Under the pieces are notes generated by a model, which worked only from the letters and a program-made list of their open reading frames with translations, was not told the origin of the DNA and made no database searches. Below, piece after piece: positions 8,799-18,064 of a stretch of 64,000 nt of DNA; position 1 is the first letter of the stretch; each line of letters begins with the position of its first letter. Origin of the DNA: an uncultured Chloroflexia bacterium. Its GTDB lineage: Bacteria; Chloroflexota; Limnocylindria; Limnocylindrales; CSP1-4. Made by a program: the position numbers and the translations under genes. The DNA lies in NCBI GenBank assembly GCA_963746845.1, contig CAVVCZ010000005.1, forward strand, positions 352,001 to 416,000, given 5' to 3'.

Positions 8799-9857
8799 TC
8801 AGGAGGCGGCGCCGGCCGCCTTGATCGCCTTCGCGATCGAGCGGGTCCGGAGGGCAACGTCGCCGCCGGGCAGGACCAGGAGCGGGTCGATCCGGGCGAT
8901 CTCGTGCTTCGGCACCTTCATCCGCTTGATGATGTCGGCGCGGACCCCGAACAGCTTCGTCTCGCGCGGGCTGAACAGCCCGTAGTGCACGTGGCAGCCG
9001 GACGCGTGGCCGGTTGCGCCCTCGTGGCCGATGAGCTGGCCGGCGGTGACGCGCTGCCCGGCCTTCACGGTCACGTCGCGGAAGTGGGCGTACATGCTCC
9101 GGTAGCCGTTGCCGTCGTCGATGACCACGACGATCGGGAGCTGGCCCCACAGATCGCCCGCGTCGAGCCGCCGGTAGTACGGTCGCAGGTCGCCGACCCA
9201 GCCGATCTCGTCGTCGAAGTGGCGGCCTGCCGCGAGGACGACGCCGTCGTGGGCGGCCGCGACCGGCGCCCCGCAGAACGACGCCATGTCGACGCCGTCG
9301 TGGAAGAGCTTCCCGTCCTTGCTGAACTCGCCGCCCGGGATCGCCTTGAACGGCAGGCTGATCCGGCCGTTCGGGATCGGCCACTGGTAGCCGGTCAGGG
9401 TCGCGATCGGCGGCGCCACGGCGTGGGCCGGCAGGGGACCGTCGGGGTCGGTCGCCCGGACCAGGGCCGTCGACGGCCCACCGGACGGGGACGGGGCATC
9501 GGATGGCGCGGGGGACGTGGACGGAGCAGCGGAAGGAGCCACGGACGCAGCCGCCGGACTCGATGACGACGGCGACGAAGGCGGGCCGGCCGATGGCTCT
9601 CCGACGGCGCCGGCGACGCCGCCGGCGAGCGGCATGAGCGGCGGCGCGGTCGATTCGAGCGCCACGCCGACCAGCGGGATCGAGACTGCGAGCGCGATGG
9701 CCACGACGGCCAGCACGAGGAGCCGGCGCACGGGCAACCCGCGACGCTCCCGCTCGGTGAGGGGCGTCAGCGGGTGGTGGCCGATCCACGACGGAGTGAC
9801 CTGCGCGGTCGTCACGGGACGGGCATGCGCGGGCCGTTGGTCAGCACGACGGGGCAC
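8799..9857 (-). CDS. M23 family metallopeptidase with membrane anchor and Ser/Pro linker
   Basis: HDGVD (HxxxD), YAHF, GATGHASGCHVH (HxH) zinc motifs; start uncertain. Confidence 0.88.
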   Translation of the reverse strand: MPRRADQRPAHARPVTTAQVTPSWIGHHPLTPLTERERRGLPVRRLLVLAVVAIALAVSIPLVGVALESTAPPLMPLAGGVAGAVGEPSAGPPSSPSSSSPAAASVAPSAAPSTSPAPSDAPSPSGGPSTALVRATDPDGPLPAHAVAPPIATLTGYQWPIPNGRISLPFKAIPGGEFSKDGKLFHDGVDMASFCGAPVAAAHDGVVLAAGRHFDDEIGWVGDLRPYYRRLDAGDLWGQLPIVVVIDDGNGYRSMYAHFRDVTVKAGQRVTAGQLIGHEGATGHASGCHVHYGLFSPRETKLFGVRADIIKRMKVPKHEIARIDPLLVLPGGDVALRTRSIAKAIKAAGAAS

Positions 9858-9908
9858 GAGCGGATGTGTACCACAACCCGCGCCCGGATGGGGCCGGGGT
9901 GGAGTCGA

Positions 9909-9936
9909 GCGCTCGGCCGGGGGGAGGGCCGAGCGC
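9909..9936 (-). terminator. Hairpin at the 3' end of the catabolic operon, C-rich loop (CUCCCCCC) on the mRNA strand
   Basis: GCGCTCGGCC (9909-9918) / GGCCGAGCGC (9927-9936), 17 nt after the amidohydrolase stop; no clear U tract. Confidence 0.55.
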
Positions 9937-9953
9937 CCGGGACGAGATGGCGG

Positions 9954-11357
9954 TCAGGCGGTGGCCTTGACCGGCAGCCAGCCCGGATCGGGCTCGCCGA
10001 ACTTCAAGAGGAGATAGTCGCGCGACGACTCGACGGCCTTGCGCGGCCCGTCGAGGGTCGCCACGAGCTTGTGGTCGCGCTTCAGGATCTGGCCATCGAC
10101 CAGGACGGTCTTGACGTTCGACACGTCCGCCGCGCAGACGACCGCGCCGACCGGATCGATGATCGGGGCGACGTTCACCGCCGACCCGTCGATGATCACG
10201 ATGTCCGCCTTCTTGCCGGGCGTCAGCGACCCGGTCCGGTCGGCGATCCCGGCGACCTCTGCGCCGCCGATCGTTGCCCACGACAGGACCTGGCGGGAGG
10301 TGATGAGCCCGGGCGACGCCTCGAGCCCGTCGAGATCCGCGTCCCATGCTTCCTCGTGCTTTCGTCCGCGCTCGGACCCGAAGATCGAGCGCATCTGGGT
10401 GAACTGGTCCGAGGGAGCCGTGGTGGCGACGTCGGACGACAGCCCGATCGGGACGTTGTAGTGGAGGGCCGTCACGGCCGGCGCCCAGCCGTGCCCCATC
10501 TGGACCTCGATCTGGGGCGCGAACGACACGTTGCCACCGGAGTCGCGGGCGAGCGCCCACTCCTCGTCGGTGAAGTGGGACGCGTGGACGTAGGTCGTGT
10601 TCGGATAGAGGAGGCCCATGTCGCGCAGGCCCGTGATCTGCATCTTCGTATAGCCGAACCGGTCCATCGCGACATGGACGGTGATGTTCAGCCCGAGCTC
10701 CTTGGCGAGCTCCCAGTCGTGCTTCACGACGTCGGCCTTGCAGAAGTTCGGGCCGCGGGTGGCGAGGGCCATCGTGATCAGGCCGTCATCCGAGTTGAAG
10801 TACTGCTTCCGGATCCTGCGCGCGTCCGGGCCGTCCGAGGTCAGCACGCTGCCAGCGTAATCCGGGCCGAACCACCAGTCCACGAGGGACGTGTTGCCGA
10901 AGCCATACGCGTAGACGGACCGGATCTTCGACTCCTGCAGCCCACGAATGCCGGCGTCGGCGTGGTCGGGGGTGTTGATGATGTGGGACCAGTCCACGAG
11001 CGTCGTGATCCCGGCATTGATGCACTCGAGGCTGCCCCACAGGTTGCCGGCATAGACGTCGTCCGGGCGGTAGTGCGGCGCGAACTTGTCGAGGATCGAT
11101 CCGAAGTAGGTGATCAGCGCGTAGTCCGGCGCGCACGTCCGGATCGACGTCTCCCACGTGTGTCGGTGGGTGTCGATGAAGCCGGGGATGACGATGTCGC
11201 CGGCGGCGTCGATCACCTGCGCGCCGTCGGCCGAGATCCCGGGGCGGACCTCGGCGATCCGATCGCCGTCGACCAGGACGTCGGCATCCGGCAGCTCGCC
11301 GATGCTGGGGTCCTGACTCAGGACGATCGCGTTCTTGATGAGGATCCGGTCGGCCAT
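9954..11357 (-). CDS. Amidohydrolase superfamily protein (MTA/SAH-deaminase-like)
   Basis: MADRILIKNA start with AAGGAG RBS; PGFIDTHRH (HxH), VHVAM, YVHAS, LSSD, TGSLTPGKKADIV. Confidence 0.9.
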   Translation of the reverse strand: MADRILIKNAIVLSQDPSIGELPDADVLVDGDRIAEVRPGISADGAQVIDAAGDIVIPGFIDTHRHTWETSIRTCAPDYALITYFGSILDKFAPHYRPDDVYAGNLWGSLECINAGITTLVDWSHIINTPDHADAGIRGLQESKIRSVYAYGFGNTSLVDWWFGPDYAGSVLTSDGPDARRIRKQYFNSDDGLITMALATRGPNFCKADVVKHDWELAKELGLNITVHVAMDRFGYTKMQITGLRDMGLLYPNTTYVHASHFTDEEWALARDSGGNVSFAPQIEVQMGHGWAPAVTALHYNVPIGLSSDVATTAPSDQFTQMRSIFGSERGRKHEEAWDADLDGLEASPGLITSRQVLSWATIGGAEVAGIADRTGSLTPGKKADIVIIDGSAVNVAPIIDPVGAVVCAADVSNVKTVLVDGQILKRDHKLVATLDGPRKAVESSRDYLLLKFGEPDPGWLPVKATA

Positions 11358-11430
11358 GGTTGCTCTCCTTGCTCGATCACGTCCCCACTGCGGGCTCCGG
11401 TCCGGCTCGATCCCTGGTTCCCCTCCTCCC

Positions 11431-12327
11431 CTACTGCCCGACGACCGCCCCGGCCCGGCGGGACCGGAGCTCGCCGGCGACGGTGGCGAAGTCGCGGTTC
11501 GCTCTTCCATCGGTCGCTGCTGCGCGGACGAGCTCGAGGTTGACGGCGGTCTGCGGGAGCGGCTGGCCGAGCGACTCGGCGGTCTCGGTGATCAGGCGCA
11601 GGTCCTTCTCGGTCAGGCCCAGCGAGAACGCGACTGGTGCCGTGTCCGGGTCGACGAACTGGGCCCGCTTGTAGCCGACGTACGGGGCGCCGGCCGCCCC
11701 GGACGCGATGACGTCGTACGCCACGGCGCGGTCGACGCCGGCCGCCTCGGCCAGGACGAGGCCCTCGGCCAGGGCGCCGTTCAGGCCGAAGATCACCGTG
11801 TTGACGGCCAGCTTCATCACCGCCCCCGCGCCGAGCGGGCCGAGGTGGAAGATCGCCTTGGCGAGGGACTCGAGCGCGGGACGGGCCAGCGTCAGGTCCG
11901 CCGCCTCGCCGCCGACCATCAGCGTGAGCCCGCCGGACTCCGCGAGGGTGACACTGCCGCTCACGGGTGCGTCGAGGATCCCGGCCCCGGTCGCCCTGAC
12001 CGCGCCGGCCACCGATCGGATCGTCGCCGGCAGGACGGTGCTCATGTCGACGAGCACCCCGCCGGGATGGGCGCCCGCGACGAGCCCGCCCGGCCCCGTG
12101 AACACGGACCGGACGGCCGCGTCGTCCGCGAGCATCGTGATCGCGACCTCGGCGGCGGCCGCGGCCTCGGCAGGCGTGTCGACGATCCGCGCCCGGATCT
12201 CCCCCGCCAGGGCCTCGCAGCTCGATCGGGTCCGGTTCTGGACGATCACGTCGTGGCCCGCGCGGGCGAGGGCGCGGGCCATGGCGCTGCCCATCCGCCC
12301 CGTGCCGACGATCGCGACCGTCGTCAT
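11431..12327 (-). CDS. NAD(P)-dependent beta-hydroxyacid dehydrogenase (3-hydroxyisobutyrate dehydrogenase family)
   Basis: MTTVAIVGTGRMGSAMA Rossmann motif, DMSTV, LDAPVSGS, catalytic MKLAVN, KDL. Confidence 0.9.
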   Translation of the reverse strand: MTTVAIVGTGRMGSAMARALARAGHDVIVQNRTRSSCEALAGEIRARIVDTPAEAAAAAEVAITMLADDAAVRSVFTGPGGLVAGAHPGGVLVDMSTVLPATIRSVAGAVRATGAGILDAPVSGSVTLAESGGLTLMVGGEAADLTLARPALESLAKAIFHLGPLGAGAVMKLAVNTVIFGLNGALAEGLVLAEAAGVDRAVAYDVIASGAAGAPYVGYKRAQFVDPDTAPVAFSLGLTEKDLRLITETAESLGQPLPQTAVNLELVRAAATDGRANRDFATVAGELRSRRAGAVVGQ

Positions 12328-12334
12328 CGCCGGC

Positions 12335-13321
12335 CTACTTCGCGTCCTCGAGCCGGCGGTGGATCGTCTCGACGATCCGCTCGACGGTCGGGATCGCGGC
12401 GTCCTCGAGGACCGGCGCCGACGGCAACGGGATGTGCGGGGTCGTGATCCGGACGAGCGGCGCGTCCAGGCCGTAGAAGCCCTCGTCGGCGACGATCGAC
12501 ACGATCTCCGCCCCCCAGCCGAGCGCGCGCGGGTTCTCCTCGACGGTGAACAGGCGGCTCGTCTTCGCGACCGACCGGAGCACGGCCTGGGCATCGAGCG
12601 GGATGAGGCAACGCAGATCGATCACCTCGGCGGAGATCCCGTGCTCCGCCCCGAGCCGCTCCGCCGCCTCGAGCGCTCGCGGGACCATCGAGGCGAGCGC
12701 GACGACCGTGCAGTCGGTCCCCTCGCGGAGGACCGCCGCCCGCCCGAGCGGCACGACGTGCTCGCCGTCCGGGACCTCGCCCTTCGTCGGCAGCAGCGCC
12801 TTCGAGGCGCAGAAGATCACCGGGTCGGGGTCGCGGATCGACGCGGCCATCAGGCCCATCGCGTCGGCCGGCGTCGACGGCGCGACGACCTTCAGCCCGG
12901 GGATCGCCATCGCCCAGTTCTCGACGGCCTGGCTGTGCTGGGCACCGAACCGGAGGCCGGCCCCGTTGGCGGTGTGGAGCACGAGGGGCAGCGACACCTG
13001 GCCGTCCGTCATGTAGCGGGTCTTCGCGATCTGGTTGATGACCATGTCCCAGGTCACCGCGAAGAAGTCGCTGAACATCAGCTCCGCGATCGGGCGGAGC
13101 CCGGTCATCGCGGCGCCCATCGCCGCACCGACGATCGCCTGCTCGCTGATGGGCGTGTCGCGGACCCGCTCCGGCCCGAACCGGTCGATCAGCCCCTCGG
13201 TCAGCTTGAACACGCCGCCGGCCGCCCCGACGTCCTCGCCGATCAGGACGACGGTCTCGTCGCGCGTCATCTCCTGGGCAATCCCGGCGGCGAACGCCGC
13301 GCGATACGTCAGTTCCGCCAC
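12335..13321 (-). CDS. 2-oxoacid/acetoin dehydrogenase E1 beta subunit
   Basis: GTG start overlapping the alpha stop; LIGEDVG, RVRDTPISEQAIVG, ELMFSDF, GAQHSQ, EVIDLRCL. Confidence 0.92.
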   Translation of the reverse strand: MAELTYRAAFAAGIAQEMTRDETVVLIGEDVGAAGGVFKLTEGLIDRFGPERVRDTPISEQAIVGAAMGAAMTGLRPIAELMFSDFFAVTWDMVINQIAKTRYMTDGQVSLPLVLHTANGAGLRFGAQHSQAVENWAMAIPGLKVVAPSTPADAMGLMAASIRDPDPVIFCASKALLPTKGEVPDGEHVVPLGRAAVLREGTDCTVVALASMVPRALEAAERLGAEHGISAEVIDLRCLIPLDAQAVLRSVAKTSRLFTVEENPRALGWGAEIVSIVADEGFYGLDAPLVRITTPHIPLPSAPVLEDAAIPTVERIVETIHRRLEDAK

Positions 13322-14316
13322 TTCGAGCCCCCGTCCGCCCAGACCTGGGTCTCGATCACGTCGAGGCTCGGCTCCGGTCCCTCGCGCGCCTCGACCTCCG
13401 CCGCGGCGACCTTCGCCTTGACCTCCGCCTCGATCGCGTCGAGCTCGGCCGGGTCCACGCCGGCCGCCTCGAGCCGCGCCCGGTAGGTCGGGATCGGGTC
13501 CCGCGCCAGCCACGCCTTGACCTCGTCGTCCGGCCGGTACGTGCCGGGATCGGCCCGGGAGTGGCCGCCGTGGCGGTACGTGATCGCCTCGACGAGCGAC
13601 GGCCCGTCCCCGCTCCGCGCCCGAGCGATCACCTCGGTCGCGATCGCGAAGACCGCGTCCACGTCGTTGCCGTCGACGACGATCGGCGCCAGGCCGTACG
13701 CCGATGCCCGGTCCGCCGCCGGCCGCGCGACCGCGGTCACCTCGCCGATCGCGGTGTACTCCATGTACTGGTTGTTCTCGCAGGCGAAGACGACCGGAGC
13801 CTTCCACACCGCGGCGAGGTTCAGCGCCTCGTGGAACGCGCCGATGTTCGTCGTCCCGTCGCCGAAGAAGCAGACCGCGACCTGGCCGGACTTGCGGTAC
13901 TGGGCGGACCAGGCCGCCCCGAGCGCGATGGGCAGGTGGGCGCCGACGATCGCGTACGAGCCCATCATGTGGTGCTCGACGCTCGTGATGTGCATCGAGC
14001 CGCCCTTGCCGCCCATCAGCCCGTTGGCGCGGCCGAAGAGCTCCGCGTAGAGCGGTCCCATCGGGGCCCCGCGAGCGAGGGCGTGGTTGTGGCCGCGGTA
14101 CGTCGCGAACGAGTAGTCGTCCTCTCGCATCGCCGCCGCGAAGCCCGCCGCGACCGCCTCCTGCCCGACGCCGAGATGGGTCGTGCCCCGGACGAGGCCC
14201 TCGAAGAAGAGCTCCTGCGCGCGCGCCTCGAACGTCCGGCACTCGACCATCGTCCGGTAGAGGCCGAGACGCAACCCGACGTCCGGCGCCCGCACGCCGG
14301 GCTTCGTCGCGGCCAT
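13309..14316 (-). CDS. ThDP-dependent dehydrogenase E1 alpha subunit
   Basis: HLGVGQEA, TYRGH, GKGGSMH, ThDP motif FGDGTTNIGAFHEALN...ENNQY, TYRHGGHSRADP; ATG overlaps the M24 stop. Confidence 0.92.
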   Translation of the reverse strand: MAATKPGVRAPDVGLRLGLYRTMVECRTFEARAQELFFEGLVRGTTHLGVGQEAVAAGFAAAMREDDYSFATYRGHNHALARGAPMGPLYAELFGRANGLMGGKGGSMHITSVEHHMMGSYAIVGAHLPIALGAAWSAQYRKSGQVAVCFFGDGTTNIGAFHEALNLAAVWKAPVVFACENNQYMEYTAIGEVTAVARPAADRASAYGLAPIVVDGNDVDAVFAIATEVIARARSGDGPSLVEAITYRHGGHSRADPGTYRPDDEVKAWLARDPIPTYRARLEAAGVDPAELDAIEAEVKAKVAAAEVEAREGPEPSLDVIETQVWADGGSKWRN

Positions 14317-15563
14317 CAGTACGCGTTCGCCACGAACAGCTCGGCCGACGGGAAGCGGGTGATCACGTGCGGCCCATCGGCCGTGATGACGACCTCCTCC
14401 TCGATCCGGGCCGCCGAGACGCCGTCCTTGGCCGGGCAGTAGGTCTCGAGCGCGATGACCATCCCCTCCTTCAGCTCGACCGGGTGCTCGAGCGAGTTCA
14501 GCCGGCTGATGATCGGTCGCTCGTGGAGGAACAGCCCGACGCTGTGGCCGAACTGGAGGCCGAAGCACTCCATCTCGTTGGCGAACCCGAACTCCTCGGC
14601 CTTCGGCCAGACCTTCGCGACCTGGTCCGTCCCGACGCCCGGGCGCATGAGCTCGATCGACGCGTCGATCCACTCGCGAGCCTTCTTGTATGCGTCGCGC
14701 TGGGCGTCCGTCGCGGTCCCGACGACGAACGTCCGGTAGTAGCAGGTCTTGTAGCCGACGAACGTGTGGATGATGTCGAAGAAGGCCTGGTCACCGGGGC
14801 GGATGATCCGGTCGCTGAAGACGTGCGGGTGGGGCGAGCAGCGCTCCCCGGACACCGCGTTGATGTTGTCGACGTGCTCCGAGCCGAGATCGAACAGGAA
14901 GTGGGTCACGTTCGCGACGAGCTCGCTCTCGCGGATGCCGGGCTTCAGCTGCTCGGCGAGCATCTGGTAGGCGCCGTCGACCATCGAGCAGGCGGTGTTC
15001 AGGAGCATGATCTCGTCGATCGACTTGACCTCGCGCGCGTCGAGCATCACCTGCTGGGCGTCGCGGACCGTGATCCCCTCGACCTCGAGCGCGGCGATCA
15101 TCGGGGGCTCGACGATGTCGACCCCGAGCGGCATGTCGAGCACGCCCTCCGCCTTGAGGATCTCGCAGATCTCGCGGGCGGCCCGGCGGAACAGACCGGC
15201 ATCCGGGGCGACGGCCCCGCGCAGCCCGACCATCCCGGCGTGAATGTTGTCCTGGCGCAGCCACGGGCAGTTGAGCCGATGGTGCTTCGCCGCCGACCCG
15301 AAATCCCAGATGTGGGGCGTGCCGCCCCGCGTCTGGAGGGCATAGCGGGTCATCTTGTCGCGCGCCCACTCGCCGATGTGGGTGCTCGTGACGTACCGGA
15401 TGTTGTTGAAGTCGAACAGGAGGACGGCGCCGAGGTCCGATGCCTCGAGGGCGGCCTTCGCGCGACCGAACCGATACGATCGAAGACGGTCCGGGTTGAC
15501 GCGCTCTTCCCAGTCGACGGTCTGCGCACCGGGAGAGGCATACGGTCGCGGCATCGCTGACAC
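14316..15563 (-). CDS. M24 (Xaa-Pro peptidase/creatinase/DddP-like) hydrolase with Cys at the second metal-ligand position
   Basis: LLFDFNNIRYVT N-domain; FDIIHTFVGYKTCYYRTF, FGHSVGLFLHE, ALETY, RIEEEV. Confidence 0.88.
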   Translation of the reverse strand: MSAMPRPYASPGAQTVDWEERVNPDRLRSYRFGRAKAALEASDLGAVLLFDFNNIRYVTSTHIGEWARDKMTRYALQTRGGTPHIWDFGSAAKHHRLNCPWLRQDNIHAGMVGLRGAVAPDAGLFRRAAREICEILKAEGVLDMPLGVDIVEPPMIAALEVEGITVRDAQQVMLDAREVKSIDEIMLLNTACSMVDGAYQMLAEQLKPGIRESELVANVTHFLFDLGSEHVDNINAVSGERCSPHPHVFSDRIIRPGDQAFFDIIHTFVGYKTCYYRTFVVGTATDAQRDAYKKAREWIDASIELMRPGVGTDQVAKVWPKAEEFGFANEMECFGLQFGHSVGLFLHERPIISRLNSLEHPVELKEGMVIALETYCPAKDGVSAARIEEEVVITADGPHVITRFPSAELFVANAY

Positions 15564-15701
15564 CCTCAGGACCTGTCGAGCCGTGGTCGGCCAGCGGAGG
15601 CGGCCGGCCGGCGTCGATGCGTGGCGTTCAATGATGCTACACGCCGTCGCGGCGCCGCAACCCGCGGGCTACCATGGCCACCGAGCAGCACGGAGGCAGC
15701 G

Positions 15702-16388
15702 GTGGCTCGCAGCGGAAACGGCTCGGCGCCGGAATACCGGCCCTTCGGCGGCCACCTGCGCGAGGTCCGGCAGGCCCGAGGCCTGAGCCTTCGTGCCCTC
15801 GCCGAACGCGTCGGCGTGTCGCCCAGCCTGATCTCCCAGGTCGAGACGGGGCGGGCCAGGCCGTCGGTCCGAACGCTCTATGCGATCGCCAGCGAGCTGC
15901 AGATGTCCCTTGACGAGCTGCTGTTCCTCGATGCGCCGGCGGAGCCGCTCGAAGCGCCGTCCGACGGGAGTGCTGGGCCCTGGATCGAGATCCACCTGCC
16001 GCAGGATCCGGTCCAGCGAGCGGCGGACCGGAAGACGATCCGGCTGGCCTCCGGCGTCGTCTGGGAGCGGCTCACGACGGCCTCGATCCCGAGCGTGGAC
16101 TTCCTCCGGGTGACCTATGAGGTGGGCGGAGCGTCAAGCCCGGAGCGCGAGTTTCAGCGGCACGCCGGCCAGGAATGGGGCTATGTGGTCAGCGGGACGC
16201 TCGGCGTCACGATCGGCTTCGACGAGGTGGTGCTTGGCCCCGGCAATTCGATCGCGTTCGACTCGACGACCCCGCACCGACTGTTCAATGCCGGATCGGA
16301 GCCGGTACACGGCATCTGGTTCGTGCTCGGGCGGCGCTCAAGCGCGTTCGATCCGGGCCCCCACGCCGAGGCCGCCTCAGCCGGCTGA
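15702..16388 (+). CDS. XRE-family HTH + cupin transcriptional regulator
   Basis: GGAGG RBS then GTG 15702; LREVRQARGLSLRALAERVGVSPSLISQVETG; cupin RHAGQEWGYV...FDSTTPHRLFN. Confidence 0.9.
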   Translation: MARSGNGSAPEYRPFGGHLREVRQARGLSLRALAERVGVSPSLISQVETGRARPSVRTLYAIASELQMSLDELLFLDAPAEPLEAPSDGSAGPWIEIHLPQDPVQRAADRKTIRLASGVVWERLTTASIPSVDFLRVTYEVGGASSPEREFQRHAGQEWGYVVSGTLGVTIGFDEVVLGPGNSIAFDSTTPHRLFNAGSEPVHGIWFVLGRRSSAFDPGPHAEAASAG

Positions 16389-16403
16389 ATCCGTCCCCTG
16401 GCT

Positions 16404-16422
16404 TGTACAGTGGCACTGCACA
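16404..16422. promoter_or_regulatory. Near-perfect inverted repeat, candidate XRE operator upstream of the bicupin gene
   Basis: TGTACAGTG-G-CACTGCACA (1 mismatch), less GC-rich than surroundings, 24 nt upstream of ATG 16447. Confidence 0.5.
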
Positions 16423-16446
16423 GCAGTCGAACTGGCGGAGGAGCCC

Positions 16447-17364
16447 ATGCACCACGTCGGCCGGATTGACTGGTCGTTCGCCGCGCAACCCCAGCCGGCG
16501 TCCATGCGCTCGTCCGGGCTCGCCCGGCAGGTCCTCGTCGGCCCGGCCCAGGGCGCCGTCCACACGGAGCTCGCGGCGGGCGCCTTCGCCCCCGGCGGCT
16601 GGCTGAACCGCCACGTCCACTCGTTCGAGGAGGCGCTGTACGTCCTGTCCGGTGAGCTCGTCATCGACATCGGCGGCGCGGTCCATCGACTCGTGGCCGG
16701 TGACTTCTGCCTGATGACGATCGGGACATGGCACGCCCTCGCGAACGGTTCCGACGGCGAGACCCGCTGGCTGTCGCTGAACACACCGCAGCGGCTGCCC
16801 GTGGACGGCGACCGCAGGGACACGTTCTTCGCCCGGGCCGCGTTCGACCCGGCCGGCCTGATCGCACGCGCCACCCGGCCGCGGTTCGGCGATCCGGCGG
16901 TGCGCTTCGTCGGCCACTACGACGGCACGCCGCCCCAGGTCGAGGCGCTTCGCGTCAGCGATCCGGCCCGCGGCCGCAAGCCGGCCGGCATGGACACCGC
17001 GATCCTCGCGTACAGCGGGATCTCCGTGAAGATGCTCGTCGACCGGGTGTTCGGCTCGGACCTCCTGACGATGTTCACCGTCGACTACGAGCTCAACGGC
17101 TCGGCCCAGCAGCACGACCACCCGTTCGAGGAGACCTACGTGTTCCTCGCGGGCGAGGTCGAGGCCGAGCTGGACGGCGAGATCCACACGCTCCGGCCGG
17201 GCGACGTCGTGTTCGCCGGGGTCGGGAGCGTCCACGGCTTCTACAACAACGGCTCCGAGAGGGTCCGGTGGCTCGAGACCCAGGCGCCGCAGCCGCCCGT
17301 CCGCCATGCGTATCGCTGGGCGCCCACCTGGACGAAGTTCGCGGAGGACAACGATGTCGAATGA
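16447..17364 (+). CDS. Bicupin metalloenzyme
   Basis: GGAGGAG RBS; two intact cupin metal motifs HVHSFEE...WHALAN and HDHPFEE...VHGFYN. Confidence 0.88.
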   Translation: MHHVGRIDWSFAAQPQPASMRSSGLARQVLVGPAQGAVHTELAAGAFAPGGWLNRHVHSFEEALYVLSGELVIDIGGAVHRLVAGDFCLMTIGTWHALANGSDGETRWLSLNTPQRLPVDGDRRDTFFARAAFDPAGLIARATRPRFGDPAVRFVGHYDGTPPQVEALRVSDPARGRKPAGMDTAILAYSGISVKMLVDRVFGSDLLTMFTVDYELNGSAQQHDHPFEETYVFLAGEVEAELDGEIHTLRPGDVVFAGVGSVHGFYNNGSERVRWLETQAPQPPVRHAYRWAPTWTKFAEDNDVE

Positions 17365-18061
17365 CGGGGCGGTGGTCGTCGTCGGGGGCACCCGGGCGAT
17401 CGGGCTGGAGCTCGTCAGGCACTATGCGAACCTCGGTCACGAGGTCGTCCTGACCGGCCAGTCGGCCGCGAACGTCGAGTTTGCCGTCGCGGCCGCCGGC
17501 GCCGGCGGCCGCGTCCGCGGAGTCGTCTTCGACCTCGCCCAACCCGAGACGATCGCCCCCGCGCTCGCGGACGTCGGGCCCGTCCGGCGGCTCGCCCTCG
17601 TCGCGATCGACCGCGACCAGAACACCGTCCGCGACTACGACCTGACGCGGGGCCTCCGGCTCGTGACCCTCAAGCTCGTCGGCTACACCGAGACCGTCCA
17701 CACGCTGATCGACCGGTTGACGGACGACGCGTCGATCCTCCTCTTCGGGGGGATGGCGAAGGAGCGGCCGTATCCCGGCTCGACGACCGTCACCACGGTC
17801 AACGGCGGCGTGGTCGGACTGACCCGGACCCTCGTCGAGGAGCTGAAGCCGCTCCGGGTGAACTCGCTCCATCCCGGTGTCGTCGGCAACAGCCCGTACT
17901 GGGCCGAGAAGCCGGCCGCGATCGAGCGCTACACGTCGGAGACGCCGATGGGCCGGCTGGCGACGATGGACGAGATCGTGGACGCCGCGGTCTTCCTGCT
18001 CGAGAACACCGCCGTCAACGGGGTCGACCTGATCGTCGACGGCGGCTGGCACTGCCGCTAG
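17354..18061 (+). CDS. Short-chain dehydrogenase/reductase, atypical (no YxxxK)
   Basis: VVVVGGTRAIG, LRVNSLHPG, PMGRLATMDEI, VNGVDLIVDGG; catalytic region reads STTVTTVN. Confidence 0.85.
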   Translation: MSNDGAVVVVGGTRAIGLELVRHYANLGHEVVLTGQSAANVEFAVAAAGAGGRVRGVVFDLAQPETIAPALADVGPVRRLALVAIDRDQNTVRDYDLTRGLRLVTLKLVGYTETVHTLIDRLTDDASILLFGGMAKERPYPGSTTVTTVNGGVVGLTRTLVEELKPLRVNSLHPGVVGNSPYWAEKPAAIERYTSETPMGRLATMDEIVDAAVFLLENTAVNGVDLIVDGGWHCR

Positions 18062-18064
18062 GCG

